Made by a program: the position numbers and the translations under genes
Notes under the pieces: generated by a model
Seen by the model: only the letters and a program-made list of their open reading frames with translations
Told to the model about the DNA's origin: nothing
Database searches by the model: none
IMG/VR virus record: IMGVR_UViG_3300038318_000507
Coordinates: 1 to 42,396 of that record
Reading direction: 5' to 3' (one strand)
Source: a virus
Taxonomy: Duplodnaviria; Caudoviricetes
DNA: 42,396 nucleotides
Shown: one piece after another, positions 27,239 through 35,838 of the stretch
Numbering within the stretch: position 1 is the stretch's first letter
How the letters are laid out: the number at the start of each line of letters is the position of its first letter

Positions 27239-28492
27239 CTATATTAAAGCCACCTCTTTCACGAGGTCGGCATATTGGAATATCTTGCCGTCACGCTCAC
27301 AGGTGATGTCCTCGCCGCCGTTTTGCATGTACTCGGCATATCTGCGTAAAATGACTGAAGCATATTTTTCGTCCAATTCGAGCATATAGCAGGTGCGGTC
27401 AAGCTGCTCGCAGGCAATGAGCGTCGACCCGGAGCCTCCGAAGGTGTCCAGCACGATGGCGTTTGCCTGACTGCTGTTGGCAATCGGGTATGCCAGCAGG
27501 TCGAGGGGTTTGCTTGTCGGGTGGTCGGCGTTTTTCTTTGGTTTATCGAAGTTCCAAATGGTGGTCTGCTTGCGGTCGGAATACCATTTGTGTTTGGCGG
27601 TATTTTTAAACGCGTACAGCACCGGCTCGTGCATTTGCTGGTAATCACCCCGCCCAAGTACGAGGGCGTTTTTCACCCAGATGCAAGTCGTGGAGTAATG
27701 AAATCCTGCGTCTACGCAAGCGCGGAAGAAGTTCACCTTTTCCGAATCCGAATGGAAGCAGTAAAAAGCTCCGCCATCGGCGAGGTTCTCGTAAAGATTC
27801 TTAAATGCCGACAGCAAAAAGATGTAGAATTGTTCTGCCTTCATGCTGTCGTTCTTGATTTTTAGTCCGCTCACAGATTCAAAGCTGACGTTGTAAGGGG
27901 GATCGGTCAGGACAAGATTGGCTTTGCGGCCATCCATCAGCTTCTTAACAGTTTCCGATACCGTGGCATCGCCGCAAATGAGTCGGTGCCGTCCCAGCGT
28001 CCAAACATCTCCGGGTAAAACAAAAGCCGCCTGTTCAAGGGCAGCTGTCAAGTCGAAATCGTCGTCAGCTACGTCCCCGCCGGGGTCGGCGAAGAGCTTT
28101 TCAATCTCGTCGGCGTCAAAGCCTGTAATTTCGAGGTCGAAGCCGAGCTCCTTGAGGTCAGCAAATTCCAGAGCTAAAAGTTCCTCGTCCCATCCGGCAT
28201 TGAGTGCCAGTCTGTTATCGGCAAGAATATACGCCCGCTTCTGCGCTTCGGTCAGATGTTCCACAAACACGCAGGGAATTTCGGTCAAACCTTCTTCCCG
28301 TGCTGCCATAATGCGTCCGTGTCCTGCGATAATATTCAGGTCTTTATCCACGATGACCGGATTGACAAAACCGAACTCACGCAGGGAGGAACGAAGCTGT
28401 AAAATCTGCTCCTTGCTATGGGTGCGGGCGTTCCTTGCATATGGGACGAGCCGGTCTATATTTACTTTTTCAAATCGCTCTGTTGATTGCAT
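27239..28492 (-). CDS. ParB-like N-terminal domain fused to an N6/N4 DNA methyltransferase
   Basis: PYARNARTHS..EFGFVNP..IIAGHGR (ParB-like); TDPPY, HPTSKP, LDTFGGSGSTLIA (beta-class MTase). Confidence 0.92.
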   Translation of the reverse strand: MQSTERFEKVNIDRLVPYARNARTHSKEQILQLRSSLREFGFVNPVIVDKDLNIIAGHGRIMAAREEGLTEIPCVFVEHLTEAQKRAYILADNRLALNAGWDEELLALEFADLKELGFDLEITGFDADEIEKLFADPGGDVADDDFDLTAALEQAAFVLPGDVWTLGRHRLICGDATVSETVKKLMDGRKANLVLTDPPYNVSFESVSGLKIKNDSMKAEQFYIFLLSAFKNLYENLADGGAFYCFHSDSEKVNFFRACVDAGFHYSTTCIWVKNALVLGRGDYQQMHEPVLYAFKNTAKHKWYSDRKQTTIWNFDKPKKNADHPTSKPLDLLAYPIANSSQANAIVLDTFGGSGSTLIACEQLDRTCYMLELDEKYASVILRRYAEYMQNGGEDITCERDGKIFQYADLVKEVALI

Positions 28493-28495
28493 ATC

Positions 28496-28996
28496 CTAAA
28501 ACCCCCTATTCGTGAGTAGCTCCAAAAAGGCGTTTTTTTCTTCACCTTGAGTGCTACTGTGTCGATTGATGATTTGCATAATCAAGTTAAAATCGCCTTG
28601 CATCGCCCTATAATACTGAGCGCCTGCCGTGACGTAGGGCGACAGCTTCAAGTCCTTGGTCATTCGGCCGATTTTACGGTTCATGGCTTCGCAGGCAAGG
28701 AAGCCCTGTCTGTTTAGCACATAGTCCGTAATCGTCTGCGGTGCGACATAGCCGTCACAGCCGCGAGCCTCGATGTATTCCTCGATTTCACTTCGCAACA
28801 CATCTGCCGATGGCACTTCTTTTTCACATTCCTTCATGGCTATAGAGAAGTAGTCCGCCATCACATTTTTGGAATTGACCTTTTTAGGTTTTGGCTGACT
28901 TGCAGTATTCGCACCAGAAGTTTTACCTTCAAGTTTTTTATCGATTGGATTTTTCCGAGGGCGGCCTGCCCCCGGACGATAGCCTCCGCTGGGCAT
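28496..28996 (-). CDS. Probable terminase small subunit (P27-like)
   Basis: GGYRPGAGRPRK N-terminus, SPYV motif; follows HNH and cos-like region; ATG 28996 after GGAGGTG. Confidence 0.7.
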   Translation of the reverse strand: MPSGGYRPGAGRPRKNPIDKKLEGKTSGANTASQPKPKKVNSKNVMADYFSIAMKECEKEVPSADVLRSEIEEYIEARGCDGYVAPQTITDYVLNRQGFLACEAMNRKIGRMTKDLKLSPYVTAGAQYYRAMQGDFNLIMQIINRHSSTQGEEKNAFLELLTNRGF

Positions 28997-29013
28997 GAGT
29001 GTCACCTCCTCGG

Positions 29014-29061
29014 TTTGATTCTAAGTTTGATTTTGATTCTTTGATTTTTTGATTTTTGATT
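29014..29061. repeat. Six clustered TTTGATT repeats upstream of the small terminase
   Basis: Copies at 29014, 29026, 29032, 29040, 29048, 29055. Confidence 0.85.
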
Positions 29062-29141
29062 ATTGAAAAACTCACACGAAAGGCCAAGCGCGCTGTCCAC
29101 CTTAGAAGTCACAGGGATTGAGACCGCCCCTCGGTCTGAAC

Positions 29142-29492
29142 TTAAAAGTAGTCGCCTTGCCCCGCGTGAAGTCTTGAGTGGCATTCCTGACAAAGCGCCA
29201 TCATATTCTCCCAGTCGTTTGTGCCGCCGTCGGTCAGCTTGATCTTATGGTGGGCAAGCGTTGCGGGAGTGAGCCGTCCGTCACGTTTACACATCACACA
29301 TAGCGGGTTCGCCGAAAGAAAAGCTGCACGGATTTGTTTCCACGTTCTACCGTAGCGTTTATTGCTGTCGGGGTCGCGGTCGTATCTGTTATATCGTTTG
29401 GCTTCCTGTTTCTGGTGTTCCTCACAGTACCTACCCGTTGATAGCTTGGCGCAGCCGGGGTAGGCGCAGGGTTTCTTTGCTTTATATGGCAC
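29142..29492 (-). CDS. Packaging-associated HNH endonuclease (HK97 gp74-like)
   Basis: KKPCAYPGC, NPLCVMC, AHHKI..GG.ND.ENMMALCQECHSRLH; GTG at 29492 after AGGAGGTG. Confidence 0.9.
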   Translation of the reverse strand: MPYKAKKPCAYPGCAKLSTGRYCEEHQKQEAKRYNRYDRDPDSNKRYGRTWKQIRAAFLSANPLCVMCKRDGRLTPATLAHHKIKLTDGGTNDWENMMALCQECHSRLHAGQGDYF

Positions 29493-29515
29493 GTTGCACC
29501 TCCTGTTCTGCGCAT

Positions 29516-29549
29516 AAGAAAAGCCCCGTGGGATTGCTCCCGCGAGGCT
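29516..29549 (-). terminator. Terminator-like hairpin in the late-operon leader
   Basis: Minus strand AGCCTCGCGGGA-GCAA-TCCCACGGGGCT followed by TTTCTT. Confidence 0.65.
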
Positions 29550-29610
29550 CGTGTGTGCCTTTAATTTTGCCATTTTAATAATAACAGGCTTCTAAGCGGA
29601 ATTATAGTGG

Positions 29611-30042
29611 TCAACAGTGGCGTATGGCATCGATCTCGTCCAAAGCCCGGCCATGAAGCCGGTATACCCAGCGAAGGTCGAAATGCAGCTCGACCGCTAT
29701 CTGTTCCCATGTCTTGAAACACAAATACCTTAGTTCCAGAAGCGTCTGGAGTTCGGGGCTTTCCACGCACTTAATCACCGTGACGATTTCATGCTTCAGA
29801 TTTATCAGGCGAGTCAGGTCAGCGTTGATTTCAGACTCCAGGTCTACCATCTTGGCGATAACATCTTCCATGCGGTGAACATTTCGGTTTCCTTTGCTTG
29901 GCGGCACATCGGACAGAGTGGCACTTGCTTTTCCGGCGAGTTCTCGCAATGACTGTACCTGCTCAATCTTACTATTGATGCGCTGGTCTATACGATAGGC
30001 TTGGGACAAATAATCCTTTGCCGATAGTTTTGGTTTGTTCAT
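29611..30042 (-). CDS. Late transcriptional activator (DUF1492/ArpU-RinA-like)
   Basis: AKDYLSQAYRIDQRINSK, LLELRYL..KTWEQIAVEL HTH; last gene before the packaging module. Confidence 0.85.
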   Translation of the reverse strand: MNKPKLSAKDYLSQAYRIDQRINSKIEQVQSLRELAGKASATLSDVPPSKGNRNVHRMEDVIAKMVDLESEINADLTRLINLKHEIVTVIKCVESPELQTLLELRYLCFKTWEQIAVELHFDLRWVYRLHGRALDEIDAIRHC

Positions 30043-30099
30043 AGGCTACCTCCGATAATTTAGTCCACTCGGATTGGCAGCTTTTGACTCCATAGATTG

Positions 30100-31463
30100 T
30101 CATAGATTTGCTTTTACCGCATCAATTAAGGCGGTTTGTGTTTTGTCCTTGGCGGACAGGGCTTTCATGACCCGTTCGTCAATAGTGTCTTTGGCAATGA
30201 TGTGATGAAGGACCACCGTTTCAGCTTTCTGACCCTGCCGCCACAGACGGGCATTGGCCTGCTGGTAGAGCTCTAAACTCCACGTCAGCCCGAACCAGAT
30301 AATCGTGGAACCGCCCGACTGAAGATTCAGGCCGTGTCCGGCAGAAGCGGGGTGGATTAAGGCGACAGGCCATTTGCCCTCGTTCCAGCTTGCGATACTA
30401 TCCGATGTATCCAATTTTGTAAATGATATATGCCGGTCTTTCAGCCTTGCTGATATTCGCTCCAAATCGTGCTTGAACCAGTAGGCCACGAGAACTGGCT
30501 TGCCGTTGGCTGCTTCGATTAAATCCTCAAGGGCATCCAATTTACGGTCGTGGATGTGGTGGACTGCGCCGTCGTCGCCATAGACCGCACCATTCGCCAT
30601 CTGGCAGAGCTTTCCTGACAGGGCGGCGGCATTGGCGGCAGTGACATCGCCACCAGCCAGTTTTAACACCAAGTCCTGGCGCAGTTCGTCGTATCGCTCA
30701 CGCTCTTTGTCTGATAGCTTAATGGGATATTGGGCGGTTACCAGTTCGGGCATGATCAAGTGATCAGTAGATTTCATGGATATGGTAATGTCGGCGATTT
30801 TGGCGTATATTTCTTTTTCAGAAAATGGCAGAGGCTTGTAGCTGAATATGACCTGACCGTTTCGTTTGTCGGGCGTAAAGTATGTGCTGCGATACTGCCC
30901 GATGAATCGTCCGAGCCGCTGGCCCATGTCGAGAAGCCGGTACTCAGCCCATAAATCCATCAAACCGTTACTACTCGGTGTTCCTGTCAGACCGATGATG
31001 CGTACTACCTTGGGGCGAACCTTCATCAATGACCTGAACCGCTTTGTCTGGTGGTTCTTGAAGCTGGATAGTTCATCAACCACCAAGGTGTCGAAATCGA
31101 AAGGGATGCCGCTGTCCTCGATCAGCCACACTACGTTTTCGCGGTTGATTACGTAAATATCTGCTTTAGCCTGAAGCGCCGCTTTGCGCTCCGTCTCCGT
31201 GCCGACAGCCACGGATAATCTCAGGTCGGAAAGATGCTCCCATTTATGAAGCTCATCCGGCCAGGTGTCACGGGCGACTCGAAGCGGGGCAATTACTAAG
31301 ATCCTGTGGGCTTCAAAGCTGTCAAACAGCAGGTCGGCGATGGCGGTTAGTGTTAACACCGTCTTGCCTAACCCAAGCCCATATCGAGGAACACAGCTGC
31401 GACAGTGTTTTTCTTGATATATTCGGTCGCATATCGCTGGTAATCATGCGGTATGAACTTCAT
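30100..31463 (-). CDS. SNF2-family helicase, interrupted by a 5-nt frame break/stop in Walker A (recoded or pseudogene)
   Basis: 31463-31371 encodes MKFIPHDYQ...FLDMGLG then TAG; KTVLTL...VVDELS, GLTGTP, SAGHGLNLQ, QANARLWRQGQ continue in another frame. Confidence 0.88.
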
Positions 31464-31747
31464 TCGGCATCACCTCCTATCTGCTCTAAAATTTCTCCGA
31501 TTTGCGCTCCATTGTCCAAAACGTAGACCGCAAAACCTAATCGACGAAGCAGCCCATGCCGCGCTTCCTGCAAAGGTCGAGGTTTCTCCCCATGCCGCTT
31601 CACTTCAACAAAGGCGATTTTGCCACGTGGCAGGAGAACAAGGCGGTCGGGCATTCCATCAAAACCGGGACTTGTAAATTTAAGTGCGGTACCACCCATT
31701 GCTTTGACTGCTTGGACGAGTTTCTGTTCTATGGTTTTCTCTCTCAC
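31460..31747 (-). CDS. VRR-NUC domain nuclease
   Basis: REKTIEQKL, SPGFDGMPDRLVL, FVEVK, PRPLQ; GTG at 31747 after GGAGG. Confidence 0.9.
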   Translation of the reverse strand: MREKTIEQKLVQAVKAMGGTALKFTSPGFDGMPDRLVLLPRGKIAFVEVKRHGEKPRPLQEARHGLLRRLGFAVYVLDNGAQIGEILEQIGGDAE

Positions 31748-31759
31748 GATAACCTCCAA

Positions 31760-31970
31760 TTTCTCATTTGCCGATTGCCCGATTTTTCCTATAATTACTA
31801 CGCGTGCGTTTCCCGTGTGCCTATTGCCCTTATCCTTACCTATATAAATTAGTAGAATAAAATGGGCAATAAGGGAAAGAGCAACCGTAGAACACTGATT
31901 TAATAGGGGCTTGCGACATTGTCGAGTTTGGTTGCCGAAGCCCCAAAACGAGCAGACAGGCAATAAAAAT
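31760..31970. other. Candidate phage replication origin
   Basis: Non-coding gap directly after the primase-helicase with repeated TTGCC/GGCAA motifs in both orientations around an AT-rich core. Confidence 0.5.
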
Positions 31971-31973
31971 ACT

Positions 31974-34298
31974 TCATTCCGTTCTAACGAACACCCTCTG
32001 AATGCCATAGATGGGCAAGGATTTTTTGCCGGTCTTATTCCCGTCGAATAGAGACCAGCCGCCGATACGGTTCAAGATACCTTGGATTTCATAGGAATCA
32101 GCTTTCTTTATAGACTCACGAGACTTACCGAAGCACTCACACCATATCTCCATCACGCAGACTTGATTCCTGATGACGCTTCCGCTCGCTCTCGTGGGGT
32201 CGTCAGGGGAACGGATGTATTCTATCCTGCGATAAATGTCCATCGCATCCCAAATTTCAGGGAGCAGGGTTTCAAGGTAATCTAAAACCATGCCCTCGCG
32301 CTCGTCGTTTTCCATAGCATTGCGCTGTTCGTCGAACGCCGCCATAGCAACATCACCTTTTAAGAACAATTCTTCGCCGCCTTGGTATTTTACGAGGGCT
32401 TCTGCCCAAATCTGGTCTATGTCCGCAAGCTCCCAAGCGCGGTATTTACTCTCGCCGGATACCCAAACAGGCCAGAAGCGTCGGTTGCCCGTGATGTCCC
32501 GCAGAAATCCGCCGTCTGAGTTGGTCGTGCCCACGATAATACATTGGCGCGGGTGGCTCTCAACCGCCCGGCCATACGAAGGACGATACTTATCATCGGT
32601 GCGGGTGATAAAGGATTTTACTGTCTCAACGTCCATTTTCTTAATGCCAGCAAGCTCCCCGAGCTCAAGTATCCAGTAGCCCTGAAGTTTCTCCGGGGCA
32701 GTTTTATCTTTCATATCAGATATGGAAAGGCTGTCGGAATACCATTGCTGGCCCAGTTTGGAGAAGAGTGTGGATTTTCCGATGCCCTGCTTACCGTTGA
32801 GGACAAGGATGGAGTCATGCTTTGTGCCGGGGCTAATAATCCGAGCTACCGCTGCTACGAGGGTCTTACGGGTGACGGCTCTGGTATAAGGCGAATCTTC
32901 TGCACCGAGGTAATCAATAAGCAGTGTGTCGATTCGAGGAACTCTGTCCCATTCTGGCAAGCCTTCGAGGTATTCCCGAATCGGATGATAAGCACGGTCG
33001 TCGGCAACCTTAGCCAACGCAAGTTCATAATTTCGAGCCGAAAATGTACCATAGCGTTTATCGACGAAAGCCACAAGCTGGGCTGTATCGACATCCCGCC
33101 AAGGCTTATGTGGACGTTCCCAGGGCAGTTCGTCACCGTATATCTGGTTGGCGAGGCGATTATGTCGGATACCCGTTAAGGTTTCATCGTTGTTCAGGAT
33201 AAGGAGCAGGTTGCCGAGGGTATTGGAGAGGATGCCGCTTTTCTCACGCTGAAGCAGGGATTTCCAATCAGCATCTTCATCAAAGTCGCTTTCAGCCTTG
33301 GCAATGCGCTCCTCAGCGAGCAGCAGTTTTACATTTTCATCCTGTACTGCCAGTGCGCTCATCGCCTTAAAGCCCGCCTTTTCGTCAAGGTCGGTGAACT
33401 TATGGATGCGGACGAGGTCAAAGGCGTTTAACAGCCTGCCACAGGCGGGGTCGGTGGCGTGATGCGAATACGACCATTTGCTTTCATACAGCACGACACC
33501 CGCCGAACTGTCGGCGGGGATATAGTCATAACGGCCGCTCATTGCCGACGCTTCGTATACATCGGATAGAAATGTTGCAATTACATTTTCAATCGAATAA
33601 GCACGACAGAAAGCGCCGACTACGCCTTCTTTTTCGAGCGGATCTTGCTGTTGCTGGATGCTGCGCTGTATCACTTCGGATTGGCGGCTTGATGTAGGCC
33701 AGAGTGAGCAGTCATGCCAATCGGAGAGCTTGGAGAGGTATGCGTCTGGATCGAGGACATCGCCATCGATTTCTTTAAAAATGTATTCACCGTCGGAAGG
33801 TGTGGACGGCCAATACATCAAACGCTCCGGTTCATAGGTACTGTCATCAAAGAAGTCCATGCCGATGATTTCTGCGACCAGTCGGGAAACGGCAGCGTAT
33901 TCGTCCGGCGAAACCTCGCGGGCAAGTGGAATAACCATGCGAAGCCGGGGTTCTTCGGGTGTATGGCTGTGGGTTGAATAGATCACGCACTTGTGAGGAA
34001 ACAACATCTCCACCGTGTCAATAAAATTACTACCGGCGTGATCGGCATCAAGGGTTATCCCCGAGCGGCTTTCTACCGTATCTTTTTTACGTCTGCCGCC
34101 CTTGAGATGCCCGAGAACATAGCCACCTACATCTTTTGCGGCATCGCGACGGTCTTTGGTGAATCTCTTGTATTCTGCGACAGTTTCAGTTGTGCGGCGA
34201 GTGACTTTGAACCGCTCGCACAATCCATCAAATGTGGTCTTTTTATTGATCCACCGTTTTGAAAGACGGCTGTCGCCATATGCGATTTTAAGTTCCAT
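31974..34298 (-). CDS. Primase-helicase (primase-polymerase-like N-terminus + VapE/virulence-associated E ATPase)
   Basis: TLDAD, YSTHSH..PRLR primase motifs; GKQGIGKST Walker A, ILELGEL, VGTTN, TGNRRFWP; ATG at 34298. Confidence 0.9.
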   Translation of the reverse strand: MELKIAYGDSRLSKRWINKKTTFDGLCERFKVTRRTTETVAEYKRFTKDRRDAAKDVGGYVLGHLKGGRRKKDTVESRSGITLDADHAGSNFIDTVEMLFPHKCVIYSTHSHTPEEPRLRMVIPLAREVSPDEYAAVSRLVAEIIGMDFFDDSTYEPERLMYWPSTPSDGEYIFKEIDGDVLDPDAYLSKLSDWHDCSLWPTSSRQSEVIQRSIQQQQDPLEKEGVVGAFCRAYSIENVIATFLSDVYEASAMSGRYDYIPADSSAGVVLYESKWSYSHHATDPACGRLLNAFDLVRIHKFTDLDEKAGFKAMSALAVQDENVKLLLAEERIAKAESDFDEDADWKSLLQREKSGILSNTLGNLLLILNNDETLTGIRHNRLANQIYGDELPWERPHKPWRDVDTAQLVAFVDKRYGTFSARNYELALAKVADDRAYHPIREYLEGLPEWDRVPRIDTLLIDYLGAEDSPYTRAVTRKTLVAAVARIISPGTKHDSILVLNGKQGIGKSTLFSKLGQQWYSDSLSISDMKDKTAPEKLQGYWILELGELAGIKKMDVETVKSFITRTDDKYRPSYGRAVESHPRQCIIVGTTNSDGGFLRDITGNRRFWPVWVSGESKYRAWELADIDQIWAEALVKYQGGEELFLKGDVAMAAFDEQRNAMENDEREGMVLDYLETLLPEIWDAMDIYRRIEYIRSPDDPTRASGSVIRNQVCVMEIWCECFGKSRESIKKADSYEIQGILNRIGGWSLFDGNKTGKKSLPIYGIQRVFVRTE

Positions 34299-34710
34299 AT
34301 TCCAGCACCTCACATTTGTGGTTGTAGTATTTGATAGGTATACCGCGCTTTTTTGCCTTAGCGACCTCGCGGGACATACCCTTGGAAGGTTTGCCGAAAA
34401 CCCATAGCTCATCGCATTTGCCAAGCAGGACCAGGGCAAAGAACATCCCCAATTCGCGCTGCTCTCTGTCATCATCATCCATGAACTGCGGGTAGTGGAG
34501 GTGGGGAGCAATCGGGATGTACCCCTTGGAAACAGCAAAGCGGCAGTATCCTCGTGCCCGTTCGATGTTTCTTTCTGTGTCTCCTGCGAAAGGGGAAGCG
34601 AGGTAAACAAGCGGACGATAAGTTTTCTCCGGGGCTTCTGACTTGGCAACCGCCGTCAATGCTTCATAGGCGGTCGGATCGGGATAACCCTCGCTATTGT
34701 ACTTGTCCAT
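34288..34710 (-). CDS. DUF4406-like/nucleoside deoxyribosyltransferase-fold protein
   Basis: YNSEGYPDPTAYEAL, VYLASPFAGD, CDELWVFG..SKGM..E. Confidence 0.75.
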   Translation of the reverse strand: MDKYNSEGYPDPTAYEALTAVAKSEAPEKTYRPLVYLASPFAGDTERNIERARGYCRFAVSKGYIPIAPHLHYPQFMDDDDREQRELGMFFALVLLGKCDELWVFGKPSKGMSREVAKAKKRGIPIKYYNHKCEVLEYGT

Positions 34711-34984
34711 CTGGCACCTCCCCCTGGTAATACTGCTCTACGAGCAAACGCAGCCAGTCGATTTCTTCATCAAGGCGGGCGTTTGCCGATTCGTACATAG
34801 CGTTCTCAGCTTCAAGCGCAGCAAGCTGTTTTGACCGTTCTGCACTTTTGTCCGCGCTGATAAACAGGAGTGAGAAGAAGCATGTCAGCCCGATCCACAT
34901 CAATACCCACGGGAGCGCTGACCATATTGCCTTCCCAACCTTCTTCAGAGCCGTCTTGATAACTTGCTTTTTCTCAATATTCAT
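34694..34984 (-). CDS. Hypothetical membrane protein with C-terminal coiled coil
   Basis: One hydrophobic helix (IWSALPWVLMWIGLTCFFSLLFI) then heptad-like segment; overlaps both neighbours. Confidence 0.7.
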   Translation of the reverse strand: MNIEKKQVIKTALKKVGKAIWSALPWVLMWIGLTCFFSLLFISADKSAERSKQLAALEAENAMYESANARLDEEIDWLRLLVEQYYQGEVPDGQVQ

Positions 34985-35753
34985 TTTCGTTTACCCCTTT
35001 CCCAAGGAAGAGATTGATAAAATACTGCTGACCTTTGCCTGTAACCTTGGTTGTTTTACTGATGGTGACATGGCCGTCTGAATGAGTGATGGCGGTTTCC
35101 TTGACCCGAAAAAGCCCCAGCTCCATCGCCCTTTGGGTTGGTGCGTTATAATCTGTTCCTTTGCGCTTGATGAGGTAGCCGTCCTGACGAAGTTTTTCAA
35201 ACAGACGGTTCTGGCCGATTTCGATACCGTTGCCTTTGAGGATTTTCGCCAGTTCACCAATAAGGATGGTGCCCTCGGAGACAGACACCGCATTGGCGAA
35301 GATAACCTTTGGTTTATTCTCGGTGGCCTCCAGTTGCAACCGTTCCTTGGCGGTGCGCTCCTCCTTAAGGGCGGTCAGCACCTTAATCCATGAGTCGGGA
35401 TCGTTCATCAACTCTTCCAATTTTGCGGGAGTGACATACGCGCCATGCTTGCGGATGGTGGGAAGCACTTCATGGGTGACCCAGCGTTTGAACTTTTTGG
35501 CTTCAGGCTTGCGGGATAACAAAATAATGCTGTAAAGCCCACTTTCAGTAACTGCGATCATATTCTGTCGGCCACCAAGGGTGTCCACTAATACCGGCTC
35601 CCTTTCATCGTCGTCTAATCGTGCTGCTGCGTCGCGATATTTCTCAATCCCGAGAATACCGCACACATCCTTAAGCACCCAGAGAATTTCGCTACCCTTT
35701 TGAACAGTCCTGACTTCGTTCCCCTCATAGGAGAACACTTGTAATCCGCTCAT
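34974..35753 (-). CDS. Phage antirepressor (BRO-N + ANT/KilAC)
   Basis: WVLKDVC, VTESGLY, FKRWVTHEVLPTIRKHGAY; PKVIFA, IGQNRLF, PTQRAM, KVTGKGQQYF. Confidence 0.92.
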   Translation of the reverse strand: MSGLQVFSYEGNEVRTVQKGSEILWVLKDVCGILGIEKYRDAAARLDDDEREPVLVDTLGGRQNMIAVTESGLYSIILLSRKPEAKKFKRWVTHEVLPTIRKHGAYVTPAKLEELMNDPDSWIKVLTALKEERTAKERLQLEATENKPKVIFANAVSVSEGTILIGELAKILKGNGIEIGQNRLFEKLRQDGYLIKRKGTDYNAPTQRAMELGLFRVKETAITHSDGHVTISKTTKVTGKGQQYFINLFLGKGVNENEY

Positions 35754-35786
35754 ATTGAACCTCCTGAAAATTTATTTTCGAGAGGC

Positions 35787-35833
35787 AACAACCCCTCTAC
35801 TGCCTACAGACAGGAGGGGTTGTTTTGCGTACC
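35787..35833 (-). promoter_or_regulatory. Conserved promoter/hairpin motif, copy 2
   Basis: Minus strand GGTACGCA-N13-TGTCTGTAG; 11-bp inverted repeat 35787-35797/35814-35824. Confidence 0.72.
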
Positions 35834-35838
35834 GGCAT

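Noticed and set aside
29002-29193. 63-aa ORF across the HNH-terminase gap
   Set aside because: Overlaps HNH, translates the AATCAAA repeats, no RBS; more likely non-coding packaging DNA
26332-34298. 'Virulence-related' and 'virulence-associated E' proteins as virulence factors
   Set aside because: These are legacy family names; VapE here has primase and helicase motifs, and nothing in the sequence indicates a toxin
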